From: Lama guanicoe
Taxonomy: Eukaryota
Length of the DNA: 64,000 bases
Direction of reading: 5' to 3'
NCBI GenBank assembly: GCA_013239625.1
Contig: MU057222.1
Span: 5,295,153 to 5,359,152 of the forward strand
Shown here: positions 1 to 12,440 of the stretch, piece after piece
Position numbering within the stretch: position 1 is the stretch's first letter
How the letters are laid out: each line of letters begins with the position of its first letter
The notes under the pieces: model-generated
Told to the model about the DNA's origin: nothing
Databases searched by the model: none
What the model saw: only the letters and a program-made list of their open reading frames with translations
Translations under genes and position numbers: made by a program

Positions 1-248
1 CCATTGCATAGATACAAATATGTAACTAACCTTGAGAGCATAGCTAATAGCAAGACATAGTAAAATAATTAGGAAGGGATGAGTTTTGAGTCTTTATCAT
101 CTTAGTTTTAAATATAATTTAATTAACTGTAAGTTTATATAATTTAGTTGGAAATGATGACTATATGTAACAACTAGTTCTCAAAATCTTGAAAATGTTA
201 TCAGTTGGTTTTTGGGAGCTAGTATAAGCTGGCTCCACCACACCACTG
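1..248 (-). mobile_element. MER63-like hAT-Blackjack DNA transposon end
   Basis: Ends in ...GCTGGCTCCACCACACCACTG, the reverse complement of the MER63 terminus CAGTGGTGTGCTGGAGCC; the internal AT-rich part also matches. Confidence 0.75.
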
Positions 249-1309
249 TTTAGGGTGCATGGAGAAGGGAGACAGTTCCAGAGTAAAAGGATTCTGACTC
301 ATCGTGGTGTCATTGTGCAGACATGGGTCCTAATCTAATTCCTTTTTAGCTGCTTTTTCCAGCCAGCTTTGCTGTCATGTACACAGTGGAAGCACTGCTG
401 TGTAAACCAAAGAGCACCGGTACAAATATAGTAACAATTCTGGCATTCTCATTGGACCAGGTCTCATGCAGAGATACTTTTAGCTCTGCAATCCTTAGTG
501 AATATAATTTATGTTCTGGGTGTTCTGAATAGGGTAGATTCTTCTGTACAATACAGAGGATGTAACTTATAACTCGTGACTGTCGAGTAACGGAAGACCG
601 TAGAGATGGATTTTCTGTCCTGCAAAAGCAAGTTATTCCCCCTCTCCATGAACCCAGGCCTCTTGCCTCTTTGGGCTTACATGCTTCTGAAAGGGCCACC
701 CAGGGAAGCAACCAAGCCAGAGGCTGTGATGGCTGCAGCCTCAGAGGAGGTGGAGGGTGAGGGTGGAGGAAGCTCCCCCCTCCTTCCACTCAGGATTTGT
801 ACATTCCTTACCGCAAAGTGGAGAACAGAGAAAAACATTTTCTGTTTTTCTTGGTAAGTTAAATGTCTAAAGTAACCAATCGTCAAAACATCCTAAGGAC
901 AGAAATTCTTAAAGAGACAATTTTTCCTCCATTCACCCTTCCCCCGAAGCCTACATTTCACTTAGTAATGGTGGCTGGAACAGGAAGTGGAAATACCATG
1001 AGAAATTTTATTCTTGCCACATTTTCAATGCTTTACAAAAGCAAACACTGGAAATCTCATCAGAAAGCTTGACCTTGTGGGGTTGATAGCTTTGTGCCCA
1101 AACCAAAAGAGTATGGGAAGCTGGAGGGATGTTCAGATAAATATTCCAGTGCTTCTGGACAGACTCTTCAGCAAAACTGATTATTTGGAATACACAGCTG
1201 TAACTTTTAGAAAGTACTTATTCAAAACCAATCAACTAGACTTCTGAAGAATAAGTGACTTTATACATCTATTATAAATTATTTTAAGCATAGATGTACG
1301 GAACTATTT

Positions 1310-1462
1310 CAGAGCCAGGCTGTTTCAGCAGAATCATCAGGGAGTTTCACAAACTGGACTCCATTCTAGGCCTACTGGATCAGAATCTCTATGGATGGGC
1401 CTCAGGGATATATGTTTTCAGAAAACCCTACAGTTGATTCTAATTAAGACACTCACTAAGAT
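1310..1462. mobile_element. MER5-like hAT-Charlie element
   Basis: Contains CAGAATCATCAGGGAG...CTACTGGATCAGAATCTCT...GTTGATTCTAAT, the typical MER5 layout. Confidence 0.6.
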
Positions 1463-1689
1463 CTCCTGGATTATAGGCAAATCAAGCTGTGCTGTATAAT
1501 CTGAGTTCATGAACTATTAAAATGGAACATTCTCTCTTGCATCTATATCATTAGAAAAATAGTAGCAATACTATATAAGATTATTTACTCACTTTGTCAA
1601 AATCATTTGCTGCACATATGGACTTGTCTCCCTCTTGCAATAATTTTGTGGCCTCCCAGGGATCCAAGGTACAGAGGTTAGGAACCTAG

Positions 1690-1893
1690 GGGCTACATCA
1701 ATCATGTGAAATACATGGTACTTGAGTAGCAACGGCCCTTTTCTTCCACAACAGACATCACTATCAATGACAGCATTTTTTGCCTACAGGGAGTTAAGAC
1801 TCAGCCTCAGAATCCTTCTCAACACAGTGTTCCAGATGGTCACTACCAATTGTTTGGAACTGGCAAACAGATGAAAAATTACTTGCACTCCCT
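1690..1893 (+). mobile_element. MER102-like hAT-Charlie element
   Basis: CAGACATCACTATCAAT...CAGCCTCAGAATCCTTCTCAACACAG...CACTACCAATTG matches the MER102 consensus as I recall it. Confidence 0.65.
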
Positions 1894-2200
1894 GGGCTAA
1901 ATGACTCCTAAGGCCCTACCCAGCTTAAAAAAAAAAATCTATGAATCTTATATTTCAGTTCTGCTGTCTTGAGAAACACAAATGCCTTCTCCTCTTTCTA
2001 CATAAACGTTCTCCAAATATTTGAAAGATCCACGTGGCTGCTACACTTCCTTTTCTTTGGGGCAAAAAGCTCCAGATTCTTTATCTATTCCTCATATTCT
2101 GTTCTCTCGATCCCCTCTGGCCTTTGAAGCTCACCCCTGGATGTATATTTTATCAATACGTCCCTGAGAAACAGCCCAGAACAAAGCAGGTTCTTTTCTC
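1894..2200. mobile_element. MIR3/L3 tail plus degraded L3 (CR1) fragment
   Basis: Tail-like AAATGACTCCTAAGGCCCTACCCAGC...TCTATGAATCT, followed by L3-like CCAAATATTTGAAAGA. Confidence 0.45.
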
Positions 2201-5200
2201 ACTCCCTTGATAGACGTGGAGGCAGGGATTCATTGATCAAAAGATTACACTGCAAACATTGCCGAGAACTGAAACATCCATTGATTGACTATGCTAACTT
2301 GTATGCATTAAACTTAAGTATGGTGACTTACTTTGAGGATATAGTAGTTTTGATTTATTAAAATTATTAAATCATTATTTATTGGATTTTAAAGACTGCC
2401 TTCATTTTGGGGGGAGCGCATAATCACATCTATGACTCAAATGAAAATACTCAAGTGTTTTTCTTTAGAATCTTTCTAAAATGGATAATTCTTATCTTTT
2501 CAGTTATCAGTTGTGCAAGCTTCCAGGCCAGCCTCCTTCAAGACTGGTTCATCGGGCCATGCCAAAGTGGCCATCAGGGACTATGTTACCCTGACAGTCG
2601 GTGTTTGCCTCTCTAGGAATTCAGTCACATCAAAATCCAAATGATACTCATTGACAGCTGTTGGACATTTCAGCTCATTTGCTTCCCATGCCTAACATTC
2701 TCTTCTAACTAAAACTGCCCACTGGGCTCTTTTTACCCCCAGGGTGACTACTGCTGCCAGGCCCCTGGTAATTCATCCATAGGCATGCCAGTAACCCTTG
2801 ATGTTCCCTCCACGAACACATTTGCCAGGGACAGTAGTTATTAGCTGAACCAATCAGATTTCCTCTCTCAGAATTTAAACAGGAAGCACAGAAGGAATTT
2901 TCCAGTCTGCAGAACAACAAAAAGAAGCAGCCACATGTGCTGCAGCTGAATTACATTAATGGCGGCACACAGACCTCTGCTGAGATGCTATGGCCCACCT
3001 TGATTCCAACCCTGTCCTCTTTGGACTCTGGTCCTATCTTGGCTTCTGCTCTTGGATTTCCTTGTGATTCCTTTCCTTTTTTATTCCACACGTATCATAT
3101 AATACTGTCCCTTTCCTTGAGCTACTGAACCTTATTAACATAAGGGTCTATTTGTTCTGCGCACTGCACCAAGAGCTCTCACATATGTCACCATACCTAT
3201 CTGTGTACTGCCTTGCTAAGCAAGCTCTTGGTTTTTAATCTCTGTCTGACTTCAGATTTTTGCTGTTTCCTTTTCACTCACGCTGCTGTAATTCACATGT
3301 TAGTTCACTGGTGTACTTTATATTCATTCTAGTTTAGACCCTCCAGACCCCAGTGGAACTAAATGTCCTTGCTGCTTCTGGCCCTTAGGCCCCTCAGGGA
3401 CCCTTGGCCCTGGTCCTGCCTCTCTTTGACATACAGGTGCAATCTGCCCAGTGCCCCAGCTTGAGACAAGCTGGAGGGAACGTTACATGTGGGTGTAAAA
3501 AGAAGTAATTACATACTCCTACTTAGCATGCCCCTGTTCAAGTGAGATGACTTCCTTACAGCCAAGTGCTTTCATCCGCATGTTCACAAAACAACGCTAG
3601 ACGCCTCAGGAAATGATTAAAAAGTAATTTATCTTCATGTTATCCATCATTGATACATAATACTTTTTTAAAGAAAAGCCATGTACAAAAATGAATGCTC
3701 ACAAAGAATACCCTCTTCACTTCAAATATTCCCCCGTATTTATTTTTCCTCAACTATTCAGCAACCCTTCTACTAAGCTCGCAGTACTCGCTCAGCATAC
3801 ACTTAGCAGCAGCCATTCTTGAATTCTCCAGCCCCTAAGTTGCTTCTCTAGAGATGGTCTCCTTTTCTTTGAAGTGGAGGCCATATGAGGTAACCTCCTT
3901 CTATATGTCCGTGTATTTGCTCCATCCTCTCTTCCTTCCCAGAAGGGACACCTCCACTCACATTCTGATCCTGTTCACCCTTGTCTCCAGTGGGAACCAA
4001 GACTGCACCTCATTCCTCACCCCCGACCTCCCCCAGTTCGAGGGGTTTCTCACAGGTCCGTCAGAGAAGTGGGTTTGCAAAGGAATTGAGGGTTTGGAGT
4101 TTTTATCAGATTCTCAAAGACACGCATGACGATGACAACAACAGCACAGGGAAAAACTGCTGACAGGGCAGCCGTGTCCCCTCTTCCTCACAACCCACTG
4201 TCACCCTTTCCTTCTCCCCTCTGCTCATAACACTCACCACCACCAGCCAACTGTGACTTGGAGGTGAGAGGCACAGTGGAAATCGCTCTACCATCGCCTC
4301 TGTCTGCTCTCACCTTCTCCCTCTGCCTAAAGATGAGAAGAGGCTTCCTCCTGTCTTGAATGTATCTGGGCTTGACCCTTCTGCTGTCCTCTGTGCCTAA
4401 TCCTAGCCAGGCCATTGCAAACTGTCCGCGTGGGATCAGGAGAGTCCCTGTTTGGCCGGGGGATGGAGGAGCTAGAGGAGCCGTGGAGGTGGAGGACTGA
4501 CGGTAGGGAAGTTCGAGATGCCACCCACGGTCAGTTACCGGAGAGTCAGCTGGAGGCACTAACAACTGAGGCAAACAGAGATGAGAGGCCAGATCTGTGG
4601 AGCAGTCTGGTCTCAATACCAACAGGAACCACAGCCAGGTGCTCCTGATTACCTCACCCTCCTTACAAGGCCCAGGCTTGACATGCTGGGATTCGTTCCA
4701 TGCTTTTGGCTGGAGGCAGAGAAGCTGCCTCATTTACTAAAGCCTTTCTGTTGTCAGCACCTTGTCATTGGTCTTCTACTCAACTGGATCTTCAGATTTC
4801 CTGGTTCCTGGGTATGGCCTTACACCACTGACGATCCATCTTATTCTGCCTCTCGATGTCTGTGTCCGCCTGGTCTCTGATCACCAAAGCCAAAATTTAG
4901 ACAACATCGGGGTGAACCAGCATTCCTTAAACTCAGGTTCAGGCTTTTAGAAAGAACTAGGACCCAGAAGGTATCACTCAAGGGTCTTCAGATATGAGGG
5001 AAGAAGGAGTTGATAATTAGGGGAAACAAGTAAGAAGTGGAGACACCAGCCAAGATGAGCATAATGTCCAGAGGACTCAAATTGCAGGCAGTTTGGAGTA
5101 CAAAGCCCACAGAGAAGAGGGGGCAAACAGCTCCATGTCATTTAGACATCTTAACCACTACTGGCGGCAGGACAAGCATACGAATGCCCATTGCACAGGT

Positions 5201-6227
5201 GAGGTCAAAATGCTGATGACTTCCCTCAAAGGTCTGGGCTTTTTAAACAGGGGAACCAGTCCTGGGACTGCGCTCTCATGGTGGTGCTCATGAGCGAAGC
5301 CTGAGCCACAAGTTTAAATTACCTCTTTAAATTACCCAGCTACTCAGAATCTACAGGCATCTCTCCAATAACAAACTTGGGTTGATTTGATAAAGGACTT
5401 TCAGTAGGAGCAAATGATTCTATTTTTGGGCTCTGAGAGAATTTACCCAGAAAACTCCTTTTTAAAGTCTGAAAATTCTTTGGCAGCATCTTTCTAACCT
5501 CCTCCTTAGTCCTACCATGCTATTTGCATACCACTTCATCAGCATTTTCCCCGTGCCCCCTTCCTTGGCGGCCTCACCCTACCACAGTTCTGGGACATGT
5601 GACAGGCTGCAGGCAGATGGGGAACGCATTAATCCCCTTTCATGCCCATCTCTAAGTCACTTTTTTGTCTGGCTAAAGAATGACTAACTAGTAACCATCC
5701 TACCATGCAAATGACAAATGGGGACAACTACATGTGTTTTTAAGAAAAGGCCTACTAAGGAACATTTTACTCATCAGAACAGAGAATACATAGGCTGAAC
5801 TCTGGAACTTTCCACGGCTGGACACAAGACCAACCTATACCATCTGCCCCAGAACAGATCCTCAGGCCAGTCACAGGAGCCAATCAGAATAGCTAATGGC
5901 CCCACGTCCAGGGCATACTTAAATGTAACTCATTTAAATCCTTTAAACTTCAGTTGGAACCTTCTCTTAAGTTTAATGTAAGAATTGTGTATTTATTTAA
6001 AGCAAGCTTTTGATCTGAATTATTTAAATTGCCTATTCTACTGGCATTGAAACAACCCAGCTTGTTACCTATGGATCAATTCATTGTACATTCCTTGTGT
6101 GTGCTGAGATCACCTTTTTATTAGCGACTTTTTTATTCCAGACTTTTGCCATTGTATTTCTCTTTATTAAATGATTTCAGTAAAATGAAAATTCTTGCAC
6201 TGTGGTTTCATTGTGCTCCATTTACCT

Positions 6228-6237
6228 CCATATTTGG
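6228..6237. promoter_or_regulatory. Intronic CArG box (CCATATTTGG)
   Basis: Perfect CC(A/T)6GG in unique sequence about 1.8 kb into intron 1, with MCAT (CATTCC) motifs at 6089 and 6533. Confidence 0.5.
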
Positions 6238-8046
6238 GGAGATGTCTTCTAGCTAATATTCAACAGGAGGAAAACAGCATAAAGAGCAGCCTGAAGTCCT
6301 ACATAAAGTAAAACAGCAAATACCCTGGCTCCATCACTGCATAGAGGAGAACACTTCAAGCATTATTTCGAAAAAATGTGTTTTTGTGGTTGTTGAGTTG
6401 GGATGGGGAGTACATGAGGAGGATAGGAGAGAGTGGTGGTAGCAAAGTTTGAACTTTCAGGGATTTGGAGATGCTGGTTTCCAAATGGAATTTATCCTCA
6501 AATCCCAAGATTATAGATTTCCTTCCAAACTGCATTCCCTACATGGTTTAGAGAACAGTTGAAAAAAGAAATTGCTCTCTATATTTTGATTGACATTAAA
6601 AACACTGTGAAAATAGTTTGGAACTTGATCTCTTCGAGGGAAGGACAATAATCAAACTATAGCTTTCGCCTGCAGCCTTTCTTTCACACTTACTCAGAAC
6701 TGTTCCAGGAAAAGAAATTCACAGGGAATTCTGTTCTCATATATCACTTCTAGAAGGAAAGGGAGGCATTCTCAAAAAAAATTATCCCCAAACTTCTAAA
6801 CGCAAAGAGAAAAGATTATTTAATGAATCTCAACACAAAACCACCTCCCTCCATGGAATCAAATCAAATCAAGTCAGTCATTTGGGGCTGGAAAACTTTA
6901 ATATCCAGGTTTATTAAAAAATGGTCAGATTTGCCCTTCTTGCCACATACTACCTAGTCTTCACTTAAGCTCTAGCCATTCATGTCTGGTTTTGCCAAAC
7001 ACATGAGAAGGATTTTACTATTTCAGTTTACAAGTCCATCTGCATAGCACCGTTAACAGAAGGGATCCATGAATACCAAGCACTTTGTTCGCATCGGTTT
7101 TTCTTTTTTTTTTTGACCACGTATTGCCACAGCACTAAAATCCCCCAACCCTCTACAATTAGTTCTTTCTAAAAGGAATTTCAGGCTACTACCAACTAGC
7201 TGCACTGTACTACTGCTTAAGATGCCCAAATATGTCTGACTCTCTTGAAATAAGAGCCTGTTTCCTCCCTTTCTAGAACACACTTGCAACCTACACCTTT
7301 TCAAATTCACACTCGGGCACACTCTCAAACAGAAAGTAAGATTTCTTAAGAAATAGTTTGGTCGGATGTTAAATGAGATTTCTAAAAACACACCCACTAG
7401 CACATGCATTTTCTCGTTATTAGGCTTTATAGGAAACAGACCATGGGAAGCATCTTCTGTCTCAGCAAGTATCAGATCAGTTACATTAACCCAGCCGGTG
7501 CTAAATGCCAATGCTTTTTCTACCTCTGACCTTATTTCCTTGCAGCATTAAAAGTCTAGTCTTAAACACTGATAGCAAAATAAAATACAGATGCCTTTGG
7601 TTAAAAATCATCACTTTTTGGCTCCTCATCAACCTAAAAAGTTAGTTCTTTCTAAAGCAAAACTTCTTTAAATCTCTGGTATTAAAAGATGCAGGAGAGA
7701 CTGCTGGTGTGAGCCGATAGGCTATGGGCACTGGCCTTTGGCTATCAGGCATAGTCCCTAAACAAAAGGCTATCTTATCAAAGTTGCCGGTGGTCCCTGA
7801 ATGTAAGTCTCCATATGATCTCTCCTCTCATCCCAACTCTAAAGCAAATCTTGAAATCTCATCCTGTTTGTCTTCCGGGAACATCTGCAGGGCAGCAAAG
7901 CCCAGTCTGGCTCTGAGAATTTGCGTGGTTTGTTGGCTTTTACAATTTTGCATCTCCAGCTACCTTGGCCAGGAATGTTGACTGAAACCCGGAGAAAGTC
8001 CCCACACTCTCTGGAAGAGATTAAAAGAAAGCCCCCTGTGCCTTAC

Positions 8047-8260
8047 CTTGCAGGCTGAAACTTCTTTCCCAGGACTAAGTCGGAAAGGAAGGACTGATTT
8101 CTTTAAGCAGGCGCACAGCAAGAGGGCAGGCAGGCAGGCAGCCTAATACACACTGCTCTATTCAATAAAACTCCAGACCGCCCTTCCTTAGCCCCTCCCA
8201 GAAGTCCATGCTAAGTGAACACACATCCCCTATGTTTACTGTCGGCATTGGTGGTATGCA
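8047..8260 (-). other. CALD1: Non-coding first exon (5' UTR) and proximal promoter of caldesmon; the 5' part may extend into the N gap
   Basis: The minus strand reads ...GTAAACATAGGGGATGTGTGTTCACTTAGCATGGACTTCTGGGAGGGG...GAATAGAGCAGTGTGTATT...CTTAAAGAAATCAGTCCTTCCTTTCCGACTTAGTCCTGGGAAAGAAGTTTCAGCCTGCAAG|GTAAGG. This matches my recollection of the human CALD1 mRNA 5' end. There is a consensus donor AAG|GTAAGG (GT at 8046-8045). The identity is recalled, not BLAST-verified. Confidence 0.85.
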
Positions 8261-8470
8261 NNNNNNNNNNNNNNNNNNNNNNNNNNNNNNNNNNNNNNNN
8301 NNNNNNNNNNNNNNNNNNNNNNNNNNNNNNNNNNNNNNNNNNNNNNNNNNNNNNNNNNNNNNNNNNNNNNNNNNNNNNNNNNNNNNNNNNNNNNNNNNNN
8401 NNNNNNNNNNNNNNNNNNNNNNNNCCAGCCAGCTACATGCCCTTTTTTGGTTATCCTTAGCAGGGCCTCT
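8130..8470 (-). promoter_or_regulatory. CALD1: CALD1 promoter: TATA-like element (8161-8170), GC box (8178-8183), forkhead TGTTTAC (8233-8239), perfect CArG/SRF box (8441-8450)
   Basis: The motifs are read directly from the sequence. CCTTTTTTGG at 8441-8450 is CCAAAAAAGG on the minus strand and fits CC(A/T)6GG. Caldesmon promoters are established SRF/CArG targets. Confidence 0.8.
8261..8424. other. Assembly gap (N run); the other gaps are 30165-30358, 37254-37401, 39430-39595 and 58974-59130
   Basis: Runs of N in the sequence. Confidence 0.99.
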
Positions 8471-11059
8471 GGAAGTGAATCCATTGTCAGGAACAATCAT
8501 AAGAAATGTTAATCTTGGAGAAGGAGGCTGTCTTGTAGAACACAAATGGAACTTTAAAAAGAAAGCACGGTCCATGAAATTTAAAATTAACAGTCCATAA
8601 GTTTGTTGGGGTGGGGGTGGGGAAGGCTTTTAATTGAGGGAGCCTTGGTAGAGTATTTCTTTTAAAAGTAGTTTTACATACAAAAGTAATTGTACATACA
8701 AAATGAAATTAAATTGTGTATGTAATTTTAAAGCCCGAAATGGCTCGGACCCAGGTCTGGTGCACAGACTAAATTCTAACCTGAAAGAGGAGCAACCCCC
8801 TAAAGTATGTCTGCATGTGTTATAAAAACAACTGACAAAAAAAGTTTAGGTCTTTTTTAGTAGGTAATGTTTGCCAGAATAAGCACGCTGCCAGAAACTC
8901 AGCTAGGCAGGCAGGGTCCTATGGGCTTGCCTATCCTCGTTGGTTTTCCACATCACTTTCTCTCCCCTTCCCCTTTGTTTCCTCAGATTTGGCCACAGAA
9001 ATATTGCTAGAAATTGTGCACAACAGAGAGGGCATGAAGGGACCCAGCCTGTGCTTTGAAGCTGGTGTTGATGGATGTATATGCCCACAGAGAAGACACT
9101 AATGTTCTAGTGACTTCTTGAAAGTACTCCAACCAACTATTCCTTGGTAGGATGTGTGGTCAGAATTAGGAGGTGCGGAATTAAAACGAAGTTAATTAGC
9201 TCATGAGTGCAAAATTTGTGGTCTTGGACGTCTCAGTATAGAATTCACTTAATTAGTCCATCAGTACTTAATTCAACAACAACCGATTATGAGCACATCC
9301 TATTTGTCAGGACTGGGGCTAGGTGCCAGGTTTCTGCCTCCTTATTGCTATGTGTGTGGAGACTGTTTCATCACTGACCTAGAGGAGTTAAAATATTTTC
9401 CCTGGCTAATTGTAAGTCCAGAAGCTTGGTCTTCAAAAATCTTAGATTTGCCGTATAAACCTTTCCCTATTTATGAAGATCCGACTTCGAAATGATCTCT
9501 CCTTAGGAAAAAGTCCCTGCCCTTTATGCCTCATTCAGAAGTGATTGATCCACATGGGTGGCTTCCTTCCTCAGCCCTTCAACAGTTTAACAAGTTACCC
9601 AGAGGCATCTGTATCAACCCTATGCTAATCTCTTTCTTGGGAAGGCTACCCTGTCCCCTCTTCCCAACTGCTACTGCAGCACAGCCTAAAAAAAGCACCA
9701 GCAAAGGCTGCCAGGCAGAGGGAGAGGTGAGCTTCAAGCATCCCAAGTTAGAACTCAGAATGCACTTTCCCAGGGAAGCAGAATAAATAATGGCTGGTGG
9801 GAATAGGACAGTCAATGCTGCATTTCAAGTACACTGTGGCTCAACCGGGCATTTGTGGAACACCACTGTTTATAAAATTGTTCCTATGGGAAGATGTGTT
9901 CTGATTCCAAATAAATGATTTGGAAATAAACTTTGGGAACACAACCAGTTGGGCTGCTGGATGCTGATTGTAAAGATAGAATGAATACTGCATAGTCTGA
10001 TAAACTGCTGAGCTTGAAGACATTGCAGGGCAGACATCACATCAAGGAGTTCTGAGAACAACTTAATCGGTGACATCTATGTGAAGATACGACCTGTATC
10101 CAGAGATGTTTGGTGTCATGACCTCTAGGCAGTATGGACAGTAACTCAATGAAGTCTGTTTTAATGTGCTGCTTTGCATGGCCACTGCTGATTATATCCT
10201 AAGCAGCACTCTCCCTGCTTGTATGAGTAATGCCCTTTGATTGAACAGCATCAGAGCATAATTTGCCATCTAGGAATAAAATAAGTACCAGCTTTCCAGA
10301 GGAAAGAAAAGTTACACCACAAATGCGGAAAATATTATCAGCAGGAAACATGGAAAGGACATACATTTTGCATGGTTTTTAGGAGATAAATAGCTAAATA
10401 TTTTTGGCTTATGTCTTTAGAAAAGAGACATATGTTTCCCTAGATAAATTCTGAATACACAGTTTGGTAGATGAGCGACCACTGAGCCTATTTTGTATAT
10501 TTGAAAATACGCTCTTTGTGGAGGAACCATAGTATTAGAAGAATTTAATAAATTTCATGCAATATACACCATGATATAGAAAAATTCTTTTTTTTTCATT
10601 GTCTTTATTCTTTTTTAAAATAAGGAGTAAAAAAGAAAGGAAAGGGAATAAGAAGAGAGAAAGGAGATATATATTGCCACTCTGTGCCATGGGAAACTTT
10701 ACTTTAATAGAATTCACTTTTTCCAGAAGTCATTTCTAAACATCACTGAAAATATAGGATTTAAGTAGGAAATTTCTGTGGAATGTATTTCCCACTTGGA
10801 GCATCCCAGATAAAGAACAGCTTGTCTAGTAGAGGATTTATCTACCCAGTCAAACCATAGCAAATCTAAAGAGACATTTGGAAACATCTGGATGATTTGC
10901 TGTATTTTTTCCAATTGAGTATTTGCATTTGTGTAGATCAGTAGTAAACAATTTTATTTTGCTTGTGTGTCAATTTGGGAGAAGTAAAAGCAGGCCATAC
11001 TTTTTTCATTTAAAATCAAAATCACTTCATTGAGTTCCATGAGAAATAAATTCTTCCAG

Positions 11060-12440
11060 CTTAAAATATCTGCTTTATTGAACTGAACAGATATTCTGAA
11101 CATTTAAAAGGCAGCAGAACCTCCATTCCCCGCCATACATACACCTTCTTTTACTCAGATGAAGTATGTCCAGAGACTTAAGTTTACAAAATAATAAAAT
11201 CAGACTGATAGAATGTTGATACCAAAATTGGACAACAAAAACAGTTTTAAAAAAGAAAAAAAATAGACTAAATGTACTTATGAACCTAGATGAAAAAATT
11301 TGCATATTGAACCTAACACTGCAAAAAAAAGATAGAGCCAATGCAGTGATGCTCAAAATCTGAAAGCCTATTGATATAGTATACACTACTAGCAGTTTAA
11401 AAGTTTTTTTTTTAAAGTAGAAAAAATAAGAGAGAACGATTATGTCAACAGATATAGTCAAAAAATAGTATTTGGTAAAATTAGTAATCACTTTTAGGAA
11501 ACAAACTCTTGCAAAGCTAGCAATAGAATATAAACATAATGAGAGGACATTTACCAGAAATATACAGCAAACATCACGCTTAATGATGAAATGTTAAGAA
11601 GTATTCCAGTTACAATCAATGGAAAGACAAAAATGACTGTCTCTTCTAAAATTAAAAAATGGGCTAGAAGGCCTAACCAAAACACAGAAATAGAAAAAAA
11701 ATAAGAGCTATTGGAATTAGAAAGAAAAACAAATGTCTTTATTTGCTATATTATGATTATCTATGTAGAAATTTCAAGAGAGTCAACAAATATATTAGAA
11801 CTAATGAAAGAGTTTAGCAAGATTATTGGAATCAAGTTCAGTCTGCAAAACTCCAGAGCTCCGGTAGCCAGCCATCTCCAATTTTAAAATATAATGGAAA
11901 AATACGCTATCCATATTAATAACAAATGTGTACAATGACCTGGGAATAAATGTAACAAACTACGTGCAAGTAAGTTACAAAACTGGATTTAAGGCCATAA
12001 AAGGTCTGTCTAAATGATGAAATATAACACTTTTATAAACAGCAAGCCTCAAAATTATAGAGATGTAAATTCTCGTCAAATTTAAACTAATGTATTTATT
12101 TTTCCAACTAAAATTCCTAAATAATATATTTTGTAGAACTTGACAAAATAATCCTAAAAGTCATATGGAAAAGTGAAGATCTAAGAAAAGTTCTAAGATA
12201 CTTATAGGGTGATTCTAATTCTATTCATGGTAAAGTTACGATCAATTATGTGAAAACAATTAAAATCAGATTCAGAATTCCCACCCACACCAAAAAAAAA
12301 AAACTTGACCACATGAAAAACAAAACTTGAAAATAATTAGGAAAAACTGTAAGTGAACAGTTATAAGATAGAGTATGGCAGGAATATTAAATCATAAAAA
12401 ACAGAAAGTACAAATGAAAAGACTGAAAATTTTCTGGATA
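11060..12440 (+). mobile_element. Old L1 (L1ME-like) ORF2 fragment
   Basis: A-rich and degenerate, with L1 ORF2 signatures such as GAACTAATGAAAGAGTTTAGCAAG and GAACTTGACAAAATAATCCTAAAAGTCATATGGAAAA. Confidence 0.75.

Larger units (their letters stand above)
1..8046 (-). other. CALD1: CALD1 intron 1 (5' part; continues beyond the window start)
   Basis: Lies downstream of the GT donor at 8046; no recognisable caldesmon coding sequence is in the window. Confidence 0.75.

Noticed and set aside
346-789. 147-aa minus-strand ORF with an internal acceptor-like TTTTGCAG at about 621
   Set aside because: No resemblance to caldesmon or any protein I recognise, and no clear donor; most likely a chance ORF in intron 1.
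3700-5300. Moderately GC-rich stretch with several overlapping ORFs (e.g. 181 aa at 4188-4733), considered as a processed pseudogene or retroelement interior
   Set aside because: The frames I translated gave no recognisable protein, poly(A) tail or TSD; left unassigned. BLASTX and Dfam searches would settle it.
7053-7511. 152-aa minus-strand ORF
   Set aside because: Non-ATG start in the track, no domain features, and located in intron 1.
9091-9108. Possible glucocorticoid response element near the promoter (TGTTCT half-site)
   Set aside because: The other half-site does not fit the consensus at 3-bp spacing.
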